Source of the DNA: Deinococcus sp. LM3
GTDB taxonomy: Bacteria > Deinococcota > Deinococci > Deinococcales > Deinococcaceae
NCBI RefSeq assembly: GCF_002017875.1
Contig: NZ_MUFV01000005.1
Coordinates: 75,437-107,436, forward strand
Reading direction: 5' to 3'
Length of the DNA: 32,000 bases
Part shown: one piece after another, positions 18,660 through 27,200 of the stretch
Position numbering within the stretch: the first letter of the stretch is position 1
How the letters are laid out: each line of letters opens with the position of its first letter
The notes under the pieces: generated by a model
What the model was told of the DNA's origin: nothing
Seen by the model: only the letters and a program-made list of their open reading frames with translations
The model's database searches: none
Made by a program: the position numbers and the translations under genes

Positions 18660-18779
18660 TGGGAGCTCCTTGGGACCTGTGCGGCATTACAGGCCCGGGG
18701 GGTGGGCGCAGTCTGCGCCTGGCAGAGTCTTGCACATCCCTTCTGCCTGCGGGTAAGAACCCCCGGCAGGGTGAGGGGC

Positions 18780-19673
18780 TCACCGCTGCAAGGTGCGGGT
18801 GGTGAGCGTGCTGAAGCGGGCAGTGGGGAGTGGGAGGGACGCGCCGATGGCCGCCGCGAGGTTGCACAGGGCCAGGTGAACGCGTTCGTGCGGGGTGAGG
18901 TGGGCGTGCCGGACCTGCGGGGCCGAGTAGAGACGGCCGTCCGCGGCGTACTTCACGTAGGAACTGGAATCCACGCTGTCCACGCCGAGCCGCGAGACCC
19001 GCCCGACGTGGTCCGGGTGGCCGATCCCGAAGGCGTGGATGGGCAGGTCACCAGCTGCGGCGCGGACAGCCCGGATCACGTCGTCCACCATGTCTGGTTG
19101 GGACATGCGTAGGACGAGCCCCCCGATGGCGACTCCTTCGAATCCAGCCTCCCGGTACTCCTGCGCGAGCTCCGCGGCGGCCTGCGCGTCCCAGCCCTGC
19201 ACGACCCCGTACAGGGGCAGGTCGGTGCGGCGGCGGTTGTGCAGGGCCCACAGCGCGTTGGCGCGCGTCAGGGCGTGATAGCGCCGGGCGTCGCGGGTGG
19301 GCAGACCGGGGGGAATGAGCAGGTCCAGGGTGAAGCCGACGTCCGCGACGCGTTCCTGCAGTTCCAGGACGCTGCTGGGTGTTATGCGCCGACCCTGGCA
19401 GTCGATCACGCCGAGTCCCGCGCGGGTGCGGGTCACGGTGGCGGCCGTGAAGACACTGGCGAACCCGCCGGAGTCCACGAGCAACGGCACGCTCAGGTCC
19501 GGCGCTTCCCGCGCGTCTTGCAGGAAGAACGCGCTGACCATGACCGCGGGTGCGAGCCGGGGCAGGTAGGGGCGGATCAGGTCGTCGAGGGGGTACTTCT
19601 CGCCGAAGGTCGTGACGGGCACGAACGCGGGGAAGTGCAGGGGGCCTTTGCGAGTGTTCAGGGTGCGGGTCAT
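18780..19673 (-). CDS. TGT-like/DpdA-superfamily protein lacking the CxCxxC zinc motif
   Basis: PLLVDSGGF, LPLYGVVQGWDAQA, GFEGVAIGGLVL, LPIHAFGIGHPDHVGRVSRLGVDSVDSSSYV. No CxCxxC cluster. Confidence 0.75.
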   Translation of the reverse strand: MTRTLNTRKGPLHFPAFVPVTTFGEKYPLDDLIRPYLPRLAPAVMVSAFFLQDAREAPDLSVPLLVDSGGFASVFTAATVTRTRAGLGVIDCQGRRITPSSVLELQERVADVGFTLDLLIPPGLPTRDARRYHALTRANALWALHNRRRTDLPLYGVVQGWDAQAAAELAQEYREAGFEGVAIGGLVLRMSQPDMVDDVIRAVRAAAGDLPIHAFGIGHPDHVGRVSRLGVDSVDSSSYVKYAADGRLYSAPQVRHAHLTPHERVHLALCNLAAAIGASLPLPTARFSTLTTRTLQR

Positions 19674-20078
19674 GCGTTCATCCAGAGGTGCTCGAAGGAC
19701 CAGTCGGGGGACGGGTCGTGGTTCAGGGCGGTGAGGTCGGCGAGCGCACGGCTACCCTGACGCGGTCATTGCTCGTTCAGGCCAAAGAACGCCTCGCTGA
19801 TCCTCATAGACTGGTCCTGTTCACGGATGGTTTTCTGTCTTCTGACATCTTTCAGTTTTAAGCCGTATGCTGGCGAGTGCCGTCCCAGACGAATAAAATC
19901 CGTTCCATTTCTCTTTCCAGCTCAAAAAGCCGCACCCAGCCGACACATTTCATCCTGACCTGACCAGCCAGTGCACCCCAGTCGGGCCAAGAGGTCTCCT
20001 CTTGGTCCGACGCTGTTTGGTCAAGGTGCTCAACATGGCAGAGGAAGAAGCAGGCCACACTCAGGCAGAGATAGCGTA

Positions 20079-20213
20079 ATACGGACTCCGATTGAATGGG
20101 CTGCAAAGCCCGTTCAATCCGAGCGAAGCGAGTGGGAGCAAAACGGGTTCCGGACGTGGAGCCGGCAATCCGGTGAAGTCCCGGATTGTCGGCGAAACAA
20201 ACGGAATCCGTAT
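20079..20213 (-). repeat. structured dispersed repeat, copy B (inverted relative to copy A)
   Basis: ATACGGACTCCGATTGAATGGGCTGCAAAGCCC...GAGCGAAGCGAG...CAATCCGGTGAAGTCCCGGATTGTCGGCGAAACAAACGGAATCCGTAT. The outermost 12 bp are inverted repeats with one mismatch. Confidence 0.85.
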
Positions 20214-20362
20214 CATTCGTCGTTGGGCTACCGAACACCGGATGAGTGGGCCAAGGAGGCCAGTGGCCGGCCTGCCGTCCCCATGTGCGGGCAGGACACC
20301 GCACATGCGGCCGTCATCCCGACCACTGGGTGAAAAAGGGAAGACGACTGTGTACGCTCGTT

Positions 20363-20410
20363 CTTGAATCGAGTCTCTACTCGAAAGTGTCCAAGCTTTG
20401 GGGTCAGGCC
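20363..20410. repeat. 48-bp direct repeat, copy 1
   Basis: CTTGAATCGAGTCTCTACTCGAAAGTGTCCAAGCTTTGGGGTCAGGCC, matches 20694..20741. Confidence 0.75.
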
Positions 20411-20693
20411 ATACCCCTGAATAGAGGTCATTCGGAAATTGAGTGACAGGGGGCCGCACAGATTGGCGGCCCCCTCTGCCGATGCGGCTGAGCGATGCCC
20501 AATGGGCCGTCCTTGCACTTCTCATTCCACCCACCACCACCCGCGGTCGGCCACGCCCGTTCTGATCGCGAGGTCCTCGAAGGTATCCTCTGGGTTCTTC
20601 GCACGGGAGCGCAATGGGCTGCCCTGCCAAACCCCACCCAAGACCACCTTCCACGACCGGTTCCAGGAGTGGGTGCTGATGATGAACCCTGCT

Positions 20694-20741
20694 CTTGAGC
20701 CGGGTCTCTACTCGAAACTGTCCAAACTTTGGGGCCAGCCC
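20694..20741. repeat. 48-bp direct repeat, copy 2
   Basis: CTTGAGCCGGGTCTCTACTCGAAACTGTCCAAACTTTGGGGCCAGCCC. Confidence 0.75.
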
Positions 20742-20743
20742 AA

Positions 20744-21334
20744 TTAGACAGGTGGATGTAAAAGTCGCCGGGCCCGATCCATGGCTTGAACCAAAGGGTC
20801 TTGGTCACCGTGGCGCCGAAGCCACGGACCGGTTGGTCCGTGCGCGCCTTTCAATGCCTGAAGCCACAGAGTGCCGAGATAGTGCACAAGGACATGATCC
20901 AGATCCTCTGAAGGCGGTGCGGCGCTTATGAGCGAAGCAGATAGGCCTGAAGACTGATCCACCGGAGGCATAAATTCTTGCTCTGCGTCGTGCAGTAGAG
21001 TAAGACCTTGGTCTACAGCAGTTCCACGTTTCTCTGGAACTTCACCATGAGGCGGCAAGTGCACTTCCTGGACCCCCTGGGCGCTACGGTCTTCATACAG
21101 TCGGCTCAGCAGTTTGAGCGCGTCACGCACATCTACAGGTTTGGTACTGCACTGCACCACGGTCCAGGGCCCCAGTTGCCGTTCCTCAACTCCCGCCGCC
21201 AAGACGAAGGTCAGGCCCAGAGTGACTTCAGGGTAGGCCACAGGCAACGTCCCCACGTCGGCGTGTGTGAAGTTGTACTCCGCTTCAGGCAGGGAGGCCA
21301 TCTGCAACCGGCCAGCAAGTTCAAGAGCGTTCAT
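20744..21334 (-). CDS. hypothetical protein, operon-terminal
   Basis: 196-aa ORF whose ATG overlaps the stop of the upstream helicase gene. Confidence 0.65.
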   Translation of the reverse strand: MNALELAGRLQMASLPEAEYNFTHADVGTLPVAYPEVTLGLTFVLAAGVEERQLGPWTVVQCSTKPVDVRDALKLLSRLYEDRSAQGVQEVHLPPHGEVPEKRGTAVDQGLTLLHDAEQEFMPPVDQSSGLSASLISAAPPSEDLDHVLVHYLGTLWLQALKGAHGPTGPWLRRHGDQDPLVQAMDRARRLLHPPV

Positions 21335-23394
21335 AGCCCTTCCCGGATATCAACGCCACTGAGTTCTCGTAGTAACGGGGTCGCCTGTCCCTCTGTAGCG
21401 AGGAGGTACAACAACTCACCGCTACGGGTCATACCAACGTAGAAACGCATCCGCTCGCGTTCCATGAGAATGTCTTGCTCCTCACGCTCAGTTTCCGACC
21501 CCAAGGCGCCAAGGTGCTCAGCGTCTAAACCAACCAGCATGACCACAGGAAATTCCAAGCCTTTAGCAGTATGAATCGTCATCACTTTGACGCTTTCGCG
21601 CAGAACGTCCAGATCCTCCAGGACTGGATCCCAGTGGTCAGTGGGGATACCTTGCTTGGACAGGGCGTACGCGTATTCTTGGGCGAGCCCTTCCGTAGTG
21701 GCGATCACAGCAATATCACGCAAGCGTAAGAGGTTTTCTTCGCGAAATCGCGTGATTTCCTCAATGACGAAGCGTTTGATCTGGTGCTCCTCAACGAAGC
21801 GCATTAATATGGGACGTGGGCCACTGCGCTTAACTGACGCCATATCTATTAACTCACCGTGTTCCTTGAGATGCACATTTCGGGAGGCCAGATCAGCGGC
21901 GGTACGCACCACTTCGCGGGTATTGCGGTAATTGATTTTCAGCGCATACGAACGCCCCCGGACATCGAGGCCTACCTGCTTCCATGAAAACCCACGCGAG
22001 TACAAGCTCTGCGCGGCGTCTCCTAACACCAGGACGGTTTTGTGCTCAGTGCCTTGGCCCCGTGTGAGACGCTGCAACACCCGCAGTTCCAAGGGCGTGA
22101 GATCTTGCGCCTCGTCAACAATGACGTCGTCTACCACTTCGAGTTCGGGATGGTCAAGCAGGAGGCGGTACAGGCGGGTGACCGCGTCCCCCCAGTCCAT
22201 CAGGCCGCGTGCCTGCAAGTGAGCGTTGTAGGCACTTAGTACTTCCCAGACCACAGCGCGGGACAGTGGACTGAGTGCCTGCTTGCGCCCGTACCGAGGC
22301 GCTTGACGGTAAGCATCCATGTCCGGAAGCCCGAAGCCTTTTATCACTCGCTGAATTTCAGCGTAGAAGAACTCTGGAGCGCGCGCGAGCACCGCGGAGT
22401 GCCGCTGAGTTCTCACCTCATTGATCGCCTGCCGAATGAACTGCAGCGCCTGGTCGCGGTCCACGAGAGGCTGCTGGACTCCTGCCGCGTCCAGCATGCG
22501 CAGAGCCCATTGCCGGTAATCCTCAATGCGGAGGGTGGCTGGCAAGGTACCAGTCACTTCTTGCACCAGACTTCGGGTGACGCGTTGCAGTACGGGATTG
22601 TAAGTAATGAACAGTACCTGCCGTCCTGCCTGTGCGAGCCGGACAGCGCGGTGAATGCCTACGGTCGTCTTTCCACTGCCGGCCACACCTTTAAGCAGTG
22701 TGGCTCCAGTATGAATTCGGTTCACATGCTGTAGTTGCTCCTCGGCGAGCTCCAATAGAAGGTCCTGGATGCTGCCACGGGTGTACGCCTCCAGTTGCTC
22801 CAAAGACGCACGTTTGAATACACGGAAGGGATCCGCTAGGGGCTCGGCCGGGTCCGTCGCGAGCGCCAGAATCCACTCTTGGGTTTGTGCGGGCAGTCCG
22901 GGAAGTTTCAGGGCATCATCCAGGGTAGGCGCATCACGTAATGCGCGGGCTAATAGCGCGGGCGCTCCCAACAGCCGCAATTGATGCACAGTAAAGGCGC
23001 GCAGGGGAAAATCCGCGTCGCTTGGAGGATGGTTCCATGTGGTGGGCACCTGGAAGTCTGCCGTTTGTGGTGTGGCTGTGGCCTGCGGTTCAAGTTCCCA
23101 ACTCAGAAGGTCCTGGGTTCCAATATCCCGGGCGGTCAGTCGGTCGAAAACACTGTGAGGCACCACCCGCAGCAGCATGGGTTCACGGTTGCGTCCCCAC
23201 TGGAAGAGCATGCGCCAGTTGTCATTCACCCGGCAATACCAGGCGTCCATCAATTCCAGGCGGCGCACCTGCAGGCCGGTGGCCTGCGGATGCGTCAGAA
23301 GGGTTTTCACCGTACTGATGATGGCCGGCTGCATCGGCAACGCCGCGTTATGTTTCAGATCATCCAGGAAACGGGGGCTCACAAGCATCGTCAT
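21331..23394 (-). CDS. SF1 (UvrD/Rep-like) helicase with RelE/ParE-like N-terminal domain
   Basis: LLKGVAGSGKTTVGIHRAV, VIVDEAQDLTPLELRVLQRL, LVLGDAAQSLYSRGFSW, INYRNTREVV, VKVMTIHTAKGLEFPVVML, RFYVGMTRS. N-term AWYCRVNDNWRMLFQWGRNREPMLLRVVPHSVFDRL. Confidence 0.85.
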   Translation of the reverse strand: MTMLVSPRFLDDLKHNAALPMQPAIISTVKTLLTHPQATGLQVRRLELMDAWYCRVNDNWRMLFQWGRNREPMLLRVVPHSVFDRLTARDIGTQDLLSWELEPQATATPQTADFQVPTTWNHPPSDADFPLRAFTVHQLRLLGAPALLARALRDAPTLDDALKLPGLPAQTQEWILALATDPAEPLADPFRVFKRASLEQLEAYTRGSIQDLLLELAEEQLQHVNRIHTGATLLKGVAGSGKTTVGIHRAVRLAQAGRQVLFITYNPVLQRVTRSLVQEVTGTLPATLRIEDYRQWALRMLDAAGVQQPLVDRDQALQFIRQAINEVRTQRHSAVLARAPEFFYAEIQRVIKGFGLPDMDAYRQAPRYGRKQALSPLSRAVVWEVLSAYNAHLQARGLMDWGDAVTRLYRLLLDHPELEVVDDVIVDEAQDLTPLELRVLQRLTRGQGTEHKTVLVLGDAAQSLYSRGFSWKQVGLDVRGRSYALKINYRNTREVVRTAADLASRNVHLKEHGELIDMASVKRSGPRPILMRFVEEHQIKRFVIEEITRFREENLLRLRDIAVIATTEGLAQEYAYALSKQGIPTDHWDPVLEDLDVLRESVKVMTIHTAKGLEFPVVMLVGLDAEHLGALGSETEREEQDILMERERMRFYVGMTRSGELLYLLATEGQATPLLRELSGVDIREGL

Positions 23395-23404
23395 GATTTG
23401 ACCT

Positions 23405-24205
23405 CTACCGGTAGAAACCTGCTAGGGCATCCAGCAGGGGTTTGAATGCCGCTTCGTTGGCAACAGTCGGGTGATTGGCCAGGGCGAAGAAGTCGGCACT
23501 AGGTAAGGTGCGTTTCTTCGGAACCATGTCGCGATCCGTGAGGTCATACTGGTTACGTCGCCAACTGTGGGCCAGGAATTCTTCGGCCGCTGCTCTAAGC
23601 CCATCAAGAGGCTCATCGCTGCGTACCTCCGCGACCAACTCTGCGTTGTAGGCGAGGCCGCCGTTCGTGAAATTGGCACTGCCGAATAAAGCCCCCGACG
23701 GCAACCAAAGCAACTTGGCGTGTAGGGCGTCCCGGTACGACACCTGCGCGCCAAGTTGCGCCAGTTCCTCTGCGAACAGCACGGTGTCCGCGTGATTCAG
23801 AAATTCGCGTTTCAGCTCTGTACTGCGTTCCCTCAGGCCGCGCAGCACTTCATCCTGCAGGTCGAAGTCCATATCCTCGTTCGCCTGCACGCGCCGCACC
23901 TGCTCCGCCGTGAGTTGGTACTCCGCCAGGGCAGGTAAGGTCACCAGTTCATGCGGAGGTTTCACAATCACATGAATCAAGTGCTTCTGACCAAGCAGGC
24001 GCAGCAGGTCTTTCAGGGTGACGCTCTCCCGGTGTGTCCCGAAGACACTCCGGTACGGGCCCAACGACCGAATGTCGAACTCGACGTTTTTCAGCCACGG
24101 CGTAATCAGCCACACGTCACTCGGCGCGCAATCAAGCGCTTCAAGCATCAGGCGCACCATCTGGTTCTTCAGGCGGTCGGTCCGATCGGTTGCGTGGAAA
24201 ATCAC
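23405..24205 (-). CDS. phospholipase D-like domain protein (DpdK/DrmC-like)
   Basis: DALHAKLLWLPSGALFGSANFTNGGLAYNAELVAEV (PLD HxK...N motif), DVWLITPWLKN. Neighbour of a giant helicase. Confidence 0.75.
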   Translation of the reverse strand: MIFHATDRTDRLKNQMVRLMLEALDCAPSDVWLITPWLKNVEFDIRSLGPYRSVFGTHRESVTLKDLLRLLGQKHLIHVIVKPPHELVTLPALAEYQLTAEQVRRVQANEDMDFDLQDEVLRGLRERSTELKREFLNHADTVLFAEELAQLGAQVSYRDALHAKLLWLPSGALFGSANFTNGGLAYNAELVAEVRSDEPLDGLRAAAEEFLAHSWRRNQYDLTDRDMVPKKRTLPSADFFALANHPTVANEAAFKPLLDALAGFYR

Positions 24206-27200
24206 AGCGCTTCCTGCCGGTACAACACAGTGCGCAAGGTTAGGTGCTCCGGATCAAACACGCGTCCCTGCTGCTGCAGCCCAGCCCTTGCAAAGGCGCG
24301 CACCAGTTGGTCACTGAGGTGGCCCTGATGCTCGTGCAGGACGAACCCTCCATGAGTGTCGGCCAGACGAACGACCTCCGCCACATCCAGATCCTCACCG
24401 CGAACGGTGATGGGCGCGGTCAGCACCTCGTGAGCGCGTTTAAGCAGCGTCCGCGACACGTTGTGGCGGGTTACGTCGATGTGGCCTTGGTCGCAGGACC
24501 CTGCCAAGCAAGCCGGGCAGGCATCCACGCAGGTAGACAGCGACCAACTTTCCACCTGGGCAAGGAAGCGGTCGTCGGCCGTCATCTCCTCCTCGCCCTC
24601 CTCTTCAACCAACACCTGTTGGAAATGCGTGCGGTACACCTGCAAGAGCCGCTTCAGGTGAGGTAGGTTCCGGTCCTCTTTCAAAAGGGTCAGGGCGTAC
24701 CCGGCGAGTTCCTGCGGCAAAGGCGTCCGGTGGAACCGGGCACTGAGCTCCGACTCCAGATCCAGCAGTTCCAGCAGCACATCGAGGTGCGCAAAGCGTT
24801 CCCCATTTACGTGCACCTCAGAGGTCAGCACGGTCGCCAGGTGCATCAGTTCAGGACTGTCGTCCCGCAACAGGCCGTCTGTCGCTTGAACCAGTGCGCG
24901 GCGCAGTCCGTCATCTTTCCGTTCGTGCGCGGGCAAGGCCAGCAACACCTGCACCTCGTGCGCAATGGGGGTGCGACGATTCGGTGCGAGCACTGCTTTA
25001 ACGAACTGCTGCTCTTCCGCCACGGGGCACTCGAGGGTATAGCGCCACCAAGCGGTGACGTGATGGCCTGTGCGCTCGCCTGCGGGATGTTCACCCATGA
25101 CCCGCGCGGCTGCGCGGGTGCTGCCCGCGCCATCCTGATTTCGCTCGTACACGTAGAACGCATGGTCCTGAGGGTCGTGTCCATGCGTGATATGCAACTG
25201 TGTGCCGGAGCCAATCTGGTGATGGTCGGCGCTGCCCTGCATCATAAACATGTTCCGTACCGCGTGCTTCAGCGAGTGAACGAGCGTGTCACGGACGTAC
25301 GCACTGACCTGCGCTTTGTTCTGAATGCGGGCGAACAACCGCCGCAGTTTCTCGTACGCCCGGTCGTCTTGCCACGTGACCCTGGCCTGCTCCAGGAAGT
25401 CCGGGTGGAGCGTGCGGTGGTCTGCCCAGTACCGCTGCGCGCCCCGCACCAGTGTCTGCCACCCGTCAGGATCCCGCAGAGCTGCTAGGAATTCCGGCCC
25501 GCTTTGCCCCTGCGCCCGTGCTTCTGCACGCATGGTGCACAACACGTCCGCCATCCGGCGTTGCGTGAAGGTGTTCAAGCCGTCTTCGACGCCTTCTGCC
25601 CACGGCTCACTTTTAAGGAGGTAGCGCAAGAACTGGTCCTGCAAATGCACTTGCGTGCGGACGTCGGCCCACTGCTGCTGCGCGATTGCCTGCACCGCCT
25701 GACTGAGTACCTGCGGATCGTACGGCACGCGAAGCCCTTCGGTGCATAAGTCGTACCCGTACAGTAGCGGCTCGCCGTCATGCTCACTCACGTACCGCAC
25801 CAGGTTGTGACCCCGGCCCGCCTGCGGGTCTTCACCTTGAGGGTGGCGTTTGTGTAACACAATCGTCGCTTCCGCCCCGTACTGCACTTCCCATGCAGCC
25901 AAACGCGAGCGCTGCCCGTCCTGCTCGCCGTAGTAATACTCCAGTGGTTGCACCAGGCTGCCGAACAAGGGCGGCACCGGGACGCGCAACCTCGCCTCAC
26001 CTAACGGGTGCACGGCCGAGAAAGACAACGGATAACTGTTGCTGTCAGGGGACACCACCCGCCATCCGTCCTCGAGCAGGGCTTGTTGAGCCTGTGCGGT
26101 AGCCTCTTCCCTCAACTGCCTCAACTCCACACTGCCGTCCGGACGTTTCCGGCCGTACGCCTGGGCCCCTTGCACTGGTGATTTGGGGTTGTTGGGGTCG
26201 AGCCGGCCAAATGACCACAACTCCAGATACCGCAGGCGGTAAAACCGCTTTGGCATCTCCCCATACAGGCGACGCACGCCAAGGGGCATGTACTGCTCGA
26301 AGGCGTCTCCCAGGCCACTGGCGGTTGGAAGGTCTTTGATCAGGGCCGGCTTGAATGGTCCATATCCTCCCCCTTCCCGTTTCTTATATCGCTCCATCGC
26401 CATGGCGTTTTGTACGATCACACCGTTGACCCGTACGGTCGGGGACCGCCAGTGCAGCAGGTGCGACGTGCCGTACCGCCTGGTGACGCGCCCAGCACCA
26501 AATTCGCTGAATGTGAGGGCAACGTCCTCCTTGACAAAGTTCCAGTCCATATCTGCCCTTGGCGGAGGCACCATCACCTGCACGACCGGCAGGTTGACAC
26601 TGCTGAACAGGTTCTCCGGGATGTCCGGGCACAGTTGCAGCAGACTTACTGGCCGGGTTCGAGTGGGCCGGTCTGCCCGGTGACGCACCTCCGGATCCAG
26701 CAGGGTCGCCTGGAACCACTCCCACAACGCTTGCCACGTACGGTACCCCTCCTGCTGCCGTAAGGTCGCTGCAATTACCCGTTCGTATCCATTCGTGATG
26801 AAGGGGTAGCGGGCGTCCAGGCGGGTCAACTCGCCAAAAATGGCGTCCAGGTGGTTCTGCAGCGGTGTGCCGACTGGCAGGGCATACCAGAGCCGGCCCG
26901 TCCGCTGGGTCAGTTCATCAAAGAGCAGGGCCACCGCATGGAAACGCTGAATAAAGTCATTCTCCGGATTCAGCGCTGGTTCGTAATCGGCCGGATCGGT
27001 GAGGGCTTCAGGATTTTGGAAGTAAAATGCGTCGCGGTAACTGCTGCGACTGAGCGTCACGGCTGTAATCGGCCGGTCGCTCAGATCCCGGCCTGCCCGG
27101 CCCTTTTTCTGAACAAACGAAGCGATGTTACTCGGGGCATGATGCTGCATGACGAACTGGATACTGGGGTCGTCATAACCTACCTCCAGACTGGTTGTGG

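Noticed and set aside
18258-18780. preQ1-I riboswitch
   Set aside because: Looked for the conserved loop and the A-rich ACTA tail next to the RBS; not found. Only generic hairpins can be reported.
19858-20304. 148-aa minus-strand ORF with a counterpart peptide (DSVCFADNP.LHRIAG) near 1.9-2.2 kb
   Set aside because: The shared peptide comes from the structured DNA repeat, not from a conserved gene.
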